Positions 21,767-30,381 of a stretch of 32,000 nucleotides of DNA are shown piece by piece. The stretch covers positions 270,244-302,243 of the forward strand of contig NW_008806274.1 of the NCBI RefSeq assembly GCF_000400465.1, read 5' to 3'. Position 1 is the stretch's first letter. The number at the start of each line of letters is the position of its first letter. The notes under the pieces were generated by a model. The model was not told the DNA's origin. It saw only the letters and a list, made by a program, of their open reading frames with translations, and made no database searches. This stretch comes from Wallemia ichthyophaga EXF-994. Lineage: Eukaryota > Fungi > Basidiomycota. The position numbers and the translations under genes are program-made.

Positions 21767-23800
21767 ATGCTTCAACTTATGACACAATCTACACCAAAAA
21801 TTCTGTCAATTGCAGGTTCTGATAGTGGTGTGTGCGGTGTTCTAGTGGTGTCCATATTACTCACTCCCCAATCAATTTACAGGCGGTGGTGCTGGTATCC
21901 AAGTGGGTGTGATTGGCTTTACAGGCCCTTAGATCTTACAGTGCCATTCGCAGGCAGACATAAAGACATTCACTGCACTCCACTGCTATGGAATGTCAGC
22001 TCTCACCGCGCTCACGTCGCAGAACACGCTTGGTGTGCATCAAGTGCATGCCGTTCCCGTAGACTTCATAACGAGCCAGGTGGGTGATAGCGGGGATTTG
22101 TGATGAGTATTGCTCACCTCAAACTACTCAGATACGCCATGTCATCACCGACCTCGGCGTGGATGCGTTGAAAACGGGTATGTTGTACAGCAAGGAGGTG
22201 ATAGAGGGGGTAGTAGACACGCTGCAGGAGCTGAGCGTGCGTGCGCCTCTCGTCGTCGATCCAGTCATGGTCAGCACCTCAGGGCACAGGCTTCTCAATC
22301 AAGACGCGTTGACGGCACTCCAAGGCAAACTCCTTCCTAAAACCACCCTCTGCACACCCAACATACCGGAAGCTGAGCTGCTCACCGGCAGAAGCATTGC
22401 GAGTGTGCGCGATATGCTCTCCGCTGCTACTCGCCTTAACTCGGTTAACACACTCGTCAAAGGTGGCCACCTTACTTTCTCCGTGGATGAGGTGCAGAGG
22501 GCCATTGCAGAGGTCAGAAGGGGTGATTTTGGTGATGTTGGTGATGTCACTAATCCCACTAATGTCACTGTACATGGTGAGACATTTGCTGCTGCTGCGA
22601 CCAACAACGATAGTACAAATACTGCCACTGCATACGTTCTCGACACATATGCGCAGCTGCGAGGCAACCCAAGCACCCAAGGCACGCACAAGAGTGGGGA
22701 AGAGCGCCTCGTTGTCGATATACTCTACCAGCGTCCGCAGGGCCACTTGGACATATTCATCCACCCGTTCGTTTCATCTACCAGTACGCACGGCACTGGC
22801 TGCACTCTCTCTGCCGCCCTAGCTGCGTATCTCGGCGGGAGTAGGAGTGGTAGCAGCCGCGACACAAGCGCTTGCACTCGCATGACCATGGCCGAAGCAG
22901 TACAGGCCGCGCTAACATACACGCGTCTCGGCATAGAGCACAGTGAGGGGCTAGGCGCGGGGAATGGGCCGTTGAACCACATGCATTCAATGCACAGAGG
23001 TACACACATAACAACCCCACTCACACCACGCACAACGCGCCAACCAACCCCTCTCACGACGCATCTGATCACCACAGCCGGTGTGTGGTGGGACACGTAC
23101 ATAGCGCACCCTTTCGTGCACCAGCTCGCAACGGGAACGCTCCCATCGTCATCTTTCCGCCACTACATAGCCCAGGATTACATCTACCTCCTGCATTACG
23201 CCCGCATACACAGTCTGGCAGGGTACAAGAGTCGCTCGATGGGTGATCTCGAAGCGTTTGCTCGCATCACCAGCCAAATCGTACAGGAGAGCGCTATGCA
23301 TAGAGACTACTGCAGGGAGTGGGGTGTAGACGAGAAGACGCTGATGAGCACACCGGAATCGGCGCAGAATATCGCTTATACACGCTATCTAGCGGATGTC
23401 GGCCATTCAGGTTCCCTGCTTGACCTCGTCGTCGCCGTAGCTAGCTGTCTCCTCGGCTATGGCGAGATAGGCAGACGGTTGAAGACGTCAGCCAACACTG
23501 GCTGCCCTATCTCCCCTGGTGTCGTTTGCATTAAGGATAACAACCCTTATTGGAAGTGGGTGGGCTTTTTCGTTGGTTTTACTCACGTACTCACCTTTTC
23601 GCCATATCTCTCACAGATGGATCGAAGATTACGCCTCAGACGACTTCCAAGCAGCCGTCTTTGACGGAATTGATATGCTCGAGAGGATGGCAGAAGAGGA
23701 TCACCTCGGCGCGGACCATCTCGCTCACCTCTCCAATATTTTCACGACTTGTTGCAAACTCGAGTGTGGTTTCTGGGATATGGGTTTGCACAGGTTGTGA
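21767..23800 (+). CDS. THI20: Hydroxymethylpyrimidine/phosphomethylpyrimidine kinase fused to a TenA/thiaminase II domain, about 604 aa
   Basis: ThiD motifs: ILSIAGSDSGGGAGIQADIK, LKTGML, DPVMVSTSG, TPNIPEAE, THGTGCTLSAA. TenA motifs: HPFVHQL, YIAQDYIYL, SCLLGY, ECGFWDM. Introns 21828-21882, 21903-21953, 22080-22131 and 23556-23616 give 1815 nt in frame. An alternative ATG lies at 21779. Confidence 0.95.
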
Positions 23801-24140
23801 GTATGAGTGCATGTCAAGTGAGATGGTTTGTCAAATCAGCTTTTGAATGCTTTTGGTATGATGCATTTTGTATACAAGTTTTTATCAGATTGGCCTGTGA
23901 GTTGGGAGAAATGCTTGAGTATGGTGTGTGGTTAGTGTTTGTGTGTGTGTTTTGTGTGTTGAAACAGTTGTTTAACGCTGTGTATTGTGAATAGTCAGTG
24001 TTGAAGAGTAAGAACAATGCAGATGAGTGGGGGACTGGGGTGCTAGTGAAATTGAGAGTGAAATTGAAAATTGAGGAGATTGAAATTGATGAGTTTGTGT
24101 TATGTTTTTGTGATTTCCAAGAAAAAAAAACCCCGTTTAC

Positions 24141-25256
24141 TCACTCACCCATTCCTATCACCTGCTTCTTTTCAAGTTTGGGTGTTGCCTCCAGATCGAA
24201 ATAGTCATGCTCCAGGCTATCACGATGACGATCGCTGCGATGATGCTGGGTAGATATAGCTAATTTGTTGGTGTGATGCTGGTCCCACGACCAATCAGCC
24301 CACTCCTCGCAACCCGGCCCAATAGTGTCATCGCTCTGCTCCTGTTTGAGAGGAGGAAGAGTCCTGATGCAAGACTGCGATGATCGCGATGAGTGGGAGG
24401 ATTTTGACTTTGATTTTGACTTTGACTTTGACCTCGCTGATCTGGTTGGATTGGGGCTGAGGCGAGATAATCTCCTCGAATCGCTGTGGTCATCGCGCGA
24501 GCTACTCCGTGTAGCTGATCTGCCTCGGCGATCGGTAAGATCAGTGTCCGTCGCTTGCTCACTCTGCCCATCGTCCCTATGCCATCTATTACCCCTCACA
24601 TTGCCCACACGACCACTGCTATACATAGCCTGCGAATTACCATGAGATTTGCTTCTTGTGCGATTGTGTGTTTGGTGGTTAGTGGAAGACTGCGTCGGAC
24701 TGCCATCACCGAAACAGCCATTCAAGAAGCTAGAAATGGGAGTCTGACTGGTACTCAAGCTCAAGCTCATACTCATGCTAACGGGGGAGGTGGAGGGATT
24801 GGTGTGCCTGTGGTTTTGCTTTTTGAGATTATCGATGGCGGATGAGTGAGAGTGTGGCGGGTGGATTGTGCCTGCAACGTCGCCACGTTCGGCCGGATGG
24901 TCCGTGGGTTTATAAGTGCCCGAGGAGCTGGAAACAAAGCCCCCACAACCACCACCACTAAACTGCGACTGCCTTATTACAGGATAGCTCCTTCTCCTCG
25001 ATTGGTAGGACTGGTAAGGAGTCGCAGTGGAGAAGGTGGTGGGCATCGGCGCATTTTGAACGGAAGGCTTGCGGGTGAATCTAATCTCGTCGTTTAGCGC
25101 CTTGCTGCTGCCGGTGGAGCTGGTTGGGGGGAGTGAGATTGAGGGAATCGCTGGGCTGGTGAGATTGCTGGGCAGAACGCTGGGGGAAGGGCAAAGAGAT
25201 GAGCTGGGTGAAGAAGTACCGTAGAACAGAGATGGTACAGCGCTGACTGCAGACAT
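24141..25256 (-). CDS. Hypothetical low-complexity Ser/Arg/Pro-rich protein, 371 aa
   Basis: Long ATG ORF, probably disordered, with (SK)n and RS repeats. No domain recognised, and the 3' end could include a further intron. Confidence 0.7.
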   Translation of the reverse strand: MSAVSAVPSLFYGTSSPSSSLCPSPSVLPSNLTSPAIPSISLPPTSSTGSSKALNDEIRFTRKPSVQNAPMPTTFSTATPYQSYQSRRRSYPVIRQSQFSGGGCGGFVSSSSGTYKPTDHPAERGDVAGTIHPPHSHSSAIDNLKKQNHRHTNPSTSPVSMSMSLSLSTSQTPISSFLNGCFGDGSPTQSSTNHQTHNRTRSKSHGNSQAMYSSGRVGNVRGNRWHRDDGQSEQATDTDLTDRRGRSATRSSSRDDHSDSRRLSRLSPNPTRSARSKSKSKSKSKSSHSSRSSQSCIRTLPPLKQEQSDDTIGPGCEEWADWSWDQHHTNKLAISTQHHRSDRHRDSLEHDYFDLEATPKLEKKQVIGMGE

Positions 25257-25593
25257 GGATGGACTCGGTGCTGGTGAGTAGCCAGTACCGTCGTCGACGT
25301 CGAATGCGGACTACGTGGGGTTTAGTGGGATTTAATTCTCAACGTTTACACCGCACTCACCTCATCAAACATGACAAATACACCGCCAGATTTATTTAAT
25401 TTTTATTTCTTCGTCGTTGTGGATCAAGGATTCAGCACGCAAGGCGATCACTGAGTACCGTGGTGGTAGCCGCGCTTTTTGAGGAAATGAGGCGAAGAAA
25501 ATTAAAATCGAGCAAATCACACAAATTCTAGGCCAGTTGACATCATACATGTCCAGAACTCTTTGTTTCATCTCACCGTTACAATACTTTCAA

Positions 25594-26811
25594 TTACTCT
25601 GTACCATGTCTAATATCATAACCATATGGTTCGCTAGGCGCCCTAAACTCATTTTCATTCTTTGGCTTCCAATCCCCGTAGTCTGATGCGTGTTAGAAGT
25701 CACACGCTCGACAACTCCAACCTACGCAGTTCACTGATATCAATTGTGCCCTTGTGTGTCCATCCTGTCTCCTTGACTATGTAGAGATTGATCGTGTTGC
25801 CCGAGTATGCGTCTCTCTGAGCCTGCGTTAGTTTTAATCCTCTTGTGTTAGTCGCACACCCACGTGTCCAGCCGCGTCTGTATGCCTCAAGTCAGCCACT
25901 CCCTCCGAGCACTCCACTCCACCTACATATACTTCTCCTGCCCAGTTCCAGCGCCTCATCGTCACTTAATTCGTAGCTGTAGCCCTGGTCGAGCACACCA
26001 TACGCGAATGTCGAGCCAGAGCCGACCGAAAACACATTGCCTGAGGTCCTGCTGCCGTCGCTGTCGACGTACCAGATAGCTGGGCCACCTTTGTCCCAGC
26101 CGCAGATCATAGTGCCCTGCCGAGGGTGTTAGCGCGGGTGATATTCTCGCCTTCTCCTCACCATCGACAGTCCCTTCCCTTTATATGAGTATGTGATGTT
26201 GCTGAGATACTTGCTAGCTGCTGCAACACTGATTCTCTCCTGTAGGGATTGGTGAGGTGGTGCTCGCACTGCAGCGAATGCACCCACCCTATTACGCAGC
26301 TCGTGCAAACGACACTGGATACCGAGATACGTCTCCCAGTACTGGCAATCAGCAGCGCCACCTGCCATAGTACCCAGCAAGTATGGGTTGATTTCGATAA
26401 CTGGGTGTGGGTGAGTGTGTGCCCTATTGCACCCCTAAAAACACCGCCTGCTCACCCTTCTTGACGGTACCACTAGCCACATAGCTGCCTGCCGTCGCCC
26501 GAGAATCCACTGCAACGATAACACCGCCCTTGTACTTGAACGCGAGTGTCGTCGTCCCGTGGTTGATTTTGATGCGGCAGCTGGGGTCATTCTGTTCATC
26601 TGTGTACTCTCGCAGGAATCCAGTTGGCTGTGCGTGCTTGGTGTCAGCTGGAGTGAACGCGCAAGTGCTGCCGCTGCCAGCTAGCACCCACATCAGCCGT
26701 ATTTGGGAGTTGAAGCGTGGGCATCCCCCCGCTGCCGCCCTCAAAGTCGTCGTGGAGGGCTGCGTCAATGCCGCGCGCGCCGTTGAGCTCGTTCGCGAAT
26801 GCGTTCATCAT
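25594..26811 (-). CDS. PRE2: 20S proteasome subunit beta5 (chymotrypsin-like) with propeptide; 7 introns
   Basis: [25 protein letters not shown] (catalytic Thr1), [37 protein letters not shown] and YAAGH|[12 protein letters not shown]. Includes a 14-nt micro-exon at 25864-25877; stop at 25594-25596. Confidence 0.96.
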
Positions 26812-26959
26812 AGTGTTGGTGAGAGATGCGATGACGCGGCGGATGCGGTGAGTGGGAGACGCAACGGGAGCTGTGGCCGGCGGGCGCGCGCCTATCGAAT
26901 CTTGCAGCGCACGCCTTCACCTCTCCCGAATCCCCGTCTCCCGCTCTCGCTTCTCGCTG

Positions 26960-26967
26960 CAGTCACA
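26960..26967 (+). promoter_or_regulatory. Homol D box (CAGTCACA), a ribosomal-protein gene core promoter element
   Basis: Exact match to the Homol D motif known from Schizosaccharomyces pombe RP genes, located upstream of RPL37. Confidence 0.55.
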
Positions 26968-27146
26968 TATCTTCCACCGCGCACACAGCTCACGGAGAAA
27001 GCAAAATAGCGCTGTAAATGCGCACAGCTCACACGCAATCACCCCGTCTCCCGCCTCCAGGACACCCGCAAAAATCAAATTTTCGATTTGTGCCCGCCAG
27101 ATTTTGTTGCGATCCGCCTTCGCCTTTTCCAGGACCGTAAGGAAAG

Positions 27147-27387
27147 GTGTGTGCAGCGTAATTTTTGATAGCGCAGCCCTCTTACAATCCCGCGCAGGTA
27201 AGCTGGCGTCGTTGCTGCTGCTGCGTTTGATCACCGCTCACCGCTCTCCAGGTAAGCTAGGGAGGTAGCGAGAAGACTCTGCTCACACAGCCAAACAGGT
27301 GAGGAGAGCATCTTCGAGCATTCCGTTGCTAACCATGCGCAGGTCGGTGTGGTTTGCGTTTCTCTCCCTCTGCTCACCGCTCTCCAG
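27147..27387 (+). other. Chain of five abutting intron-like units in the RPL37 5' leader
   Basis: Units 27147-27197, 27198-27251, 27252-27298, 27299-27342 and 27343-27387 each have a GT start, a CTYAC/CTAAC branch motif 10-13 nt before the end, and a CAG end. Confidence 0.7.
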
Positions 27388-27396
27388 ACCAGCAAG

Positions 27397-27810
27397 ATGA
27401 CTAAGGGTACCACATCTATGGGTAAGAGGCAAAGCGTCAAGTCCCACGGGATTTGTCGCCGTTGCAACGGTCGCTCATGGCACTACCAAGTGAGTTACCA
27501 CGGGATTCGACGGGTTTCTACCGCTTCCCGCGACACCTAAACGCCTAATGCTGACATCCCCACCGCGCCAATCCTGCGCTAGCTGTGGATTTCCTAATGC
27601 CAAGACACGCTCTTTCAACTGGGGTGCCAAAGCTAAGAGAAGGTGCGCCTTGGTTTTGACACTCCCCGGACTTGTCTTATCACTCATCTTCCCCTCAGAT
27701 CCACCACTGGTACTGGCCGCATGAGATCCCTCAAGTATGTCCCAAGACGCTTCAAGAACGGCTTCCGCGAGGGCACCACCGCTACCAAGAAGGTTTCAGC
27801 TTCTGCTTAA
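27397..27810 (+). CDS. RPL37: 60S ribosomal protein eL37, 93 aa
   Basis: [11 protein letters not shown]...[12 protein letters not shown]|[26 protein letters not shown]|[25 protein letters not shown]. Exons 27397-27489, 27566-27642 and 27699-27810. The first intron ends in CG, not AG (see findings). Confidence 0.95.
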
Positions 27811-28666
27811 AGTTTTCTGCTGTAACGTCTTTCTTATCAATTGAAGCTTGTCACTCAGCTTCTCTATGCTCTTGTGTGTTTTCTGTGTGCCTCCCGCTCT
27901 CAACGTAAAAAACCCAGCGTAAAAAATATGTATGGTATATACATTGTATAGATCAGTTGAGTATGTAGTATCCTCAGCTCGCTATAGGAATTTCGGCGTC
28001 TTTATGCCTAACCTAGTAACAATGATTCCTCGCGTAACATCTTCCACGTCCATTTTAGATCCAACACGTTTGATCCATCAAATGTCCTCATCCACTATAT
28101 AACCTGCTAAACAAATTGTTCATGTATGTTGGATGTTTAAAACTTTAATGAGGGCATGGTGGTGATTTTGATCCTTTGGCGAAGCTGCAAAATAGCAGCA
28201 GTGAATTGTATTCCTGTTGAGCTGGCGCAGAGTTTGACTGTATCTATCTACAAAACACAATAATCAATTATATAGTGTGCACTCACCGCCGGAATGATTC
28301 ACCTGGGTCGCCACAGACTCGCCACAGAAAAGAGAATTACGAAGAAAGTGGAAAGAATTGTGGATTGTGTGTATTTGGGCTGATCTAGAAATAAGCCCTA
28401 TTCAGTTCGACGGACGAATCGCGCCGCCGAACATAATATCAAGAATTAATTCCAAAGACAAGGGTACATTCGATAAGAAAAATAATTAGAAAAGTTAATT
28501 TGAAGTGGCTGAGCCAATACTAGCACAGCCATATATTAATTTTTATCCGAAACCGCTTAAATCGTTTAGACTACTTACCTTTTCTTCAATTTTCGCGAAA
28601 ACAGTCGCAAACGTCGAGACTTATAAGTCATAGCAGCTAAATTTACAACTATTCTCTTCCTTTATC

Positions 28667-29675
28667 ATGTCAGAAAGTGTGTGTGTATTATACCACTCGC
28701 CCTAAGCTCACTAGTCGTACAAAGCCAATTTCAGATCCGCGGCATCTCATTCCAAATCTCTGGTACACGGCGATAGGAAGACGGAGGTGAACCCATTCGA
28801 GAAATCATTTGGACTGCAGTTTAATCCTGGTCTCAGTGGGAGTACTGTTGCCTCAGCCGCCGCCGCCAATGTCTCCAGCGCCGCCACAAACGCCAGCAAC
28901 CCGCAAATGCCTTTGTTCAGTGAGTAATTAAGTGGCGGTGTAGATAAGTATGCTTATATCGTCAATAGCACCAGGCATCAACAGCCTGCTTAAATCATTC
29001 GATGGCAGCGAAAATATGTCTTTTACCCCATTTCTAAACGATAACTATCCATCCGAACAAACATCACAGCCACAATCACAGCCACAGCCGCCGCAGCTGC
29101 AGATCGATCAAATAGCTCCCCCTTTCCAACAGCACCAACAGTACGCACAAGCATACCCACCTCGAGACACAGACAAATCCCCAATTCAAAACACATTTCC
29201 AGAAGGCGGCAAAACGAGACCCAAGAGAAGTCAATCAGAAACTACATCTGACGACAGCGACGAGTATGTGTACGCAGAAAAGCACCCTAGACGGAAGAAC
29301 AGTAGTGGGAGTCCAAACAGCGCGTCCAATCATAAACCTTGGCGTGATATAGATCTCGGCGACGAATCTCCACAGCTGATCAAGCCAGTTGGAAGAGCTG
29401 GGAATCCCTCGCTTTACATTAGCGAGGATGGTAAAGAGCTCAGCCATGAAGAACGCAAGCAACTCATGCTCAATAGGAACAGAGAAGCTGCGTCGAGATG
29501 TAGACAGAGAAAAAAACTATGGATCAATCAGGTGCAAGATCAGGCTGATAGCTTGCAAAACGAAAATAACAGCCTCAAGAAGGAAATTTTGCAGTACAGA
29601 CAACAGACGCTCGAACTGAGAGAATATTGCGCTGAACTTAAACTGTCTATCGCCAACAATAACACATCTTCATAA
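28667..29675 (+). CDS. ATF1: ATF/CREB-family bZIP transcription factor (Atf1/AtfA-like)
   Basis: N-terminal EVNPFEKSFG resembles the Atf1 osmotic-stress motif (EPNPFEQSF). The basic region LNRNREAASRCRQRKKLWINQ is followed by a leucine zipper. One intron runs from about 28920 to 28968; the first exon boundary is uncertain. Confidence 0.8.
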
Positions 29676-29738
29676 ATCTTTTTTTTCCACTTTTGTTGTA
29701 TTAATAGTATGAACGTTTAACATTGGTTATAAGAAAAT

Positions 29739-30381
29739 TCACAAAGGAGAACTAGCAAGAGCATTTTCACACAACTTTCTCCAACCAATGTTCCGGCTGC
29801 ACTCTGTTCTAGCTGCGTCGCGTTCTGATTTGATTGCTTTGAATAATTCAAAAGACGTCATAAGCATCCGTTCTTTTTCCTCATTTATCCGTGCGTACAT
29901 ATCATCCTTGCGTGCATTCTCCTCGACCATGCTTGCCTTCTCCTCAAGCATCCGTGTACACATCTCATGCATCCGTGTATTCTCCTCAAGCATTTGTGCC
30001 ATCTCCTCATTCATCCGTGCATTCTCCTCGAGTAATTGCGTGCAAAGCTGATCCAGTTCGCTCTTCAACATCTTGGATCGTTGAGAGTTGTTGATCTTGA
30101 CGAGCGTGTGATTCTATTGGAAAAGTTAAACAATTAGACGCGTGCGGGGATCGAATTGCCCAACTCACAGCTTCCATTCTGAACGAGGCTTTTGTGTTGT
30201 TTGGGCGCTTCTTTGTAGTATTCTCTGACCTCTTTCTTTTGTGAAGGTGGGAGTTGGTGATGTTTGTCAAATCGTTCATGACTGCAGGAGCAACAGCGGA
30301 AGCAGGCGTGTGCGCTGGATCTGCGCCATCGGCAGCGCCCATTGCATAACCAAAATCTTTTGCACCATTTTGCAAACTCAT
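29739..30381 (-). CDS. Hypothetical coiled-coil protein with internal 14-aa repeats and an NLS-like KRKR
   Basis: Intron 30114-30168 (GTGAGT...AATAG, phase 0) joins ORF 30007..30381 to ORF 29739..30071. The repeats EENARMNEEMAQML / EENTRMHEMCTRML are visible. Confidence 0.7.

Noticed and set aside
21700-22140. TPP riboswitch in the thiamine-pathway gene introns
   Set aside because: The introns are only 51-55 nt and lack the CTGAGA/ATACC..TGATC core motifs of the TPP aptamer.
26848-26907. GTGAGT...TTGCAG intron-like segment on the + strand
   Set aside because: It is upstream of the Homol D box and would be antisense to the PRE2 5' UTR. Probably coincidental without transcript evidence.
27105-27170. 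U5 snRNA-like look: TTCGCCTTTTCCAG...CCGT...AATTTTTG (loop I-like plus Sm-site-like)
   Set aside because: The invariant A of GCCUUUUAC is missing and no proper flanking stem forms. The stretch is better explained as the pyrimidine-rich RPL37 leader and first intron-like unit. An Rfam scan would settle it.
26852-27268. ORFs 26852..27268 (+) and 26917..27234 (-)
   Set aside because: They lie in a GC-rich divergent promoter/leader where open frames arise by chance, and show no protein features.
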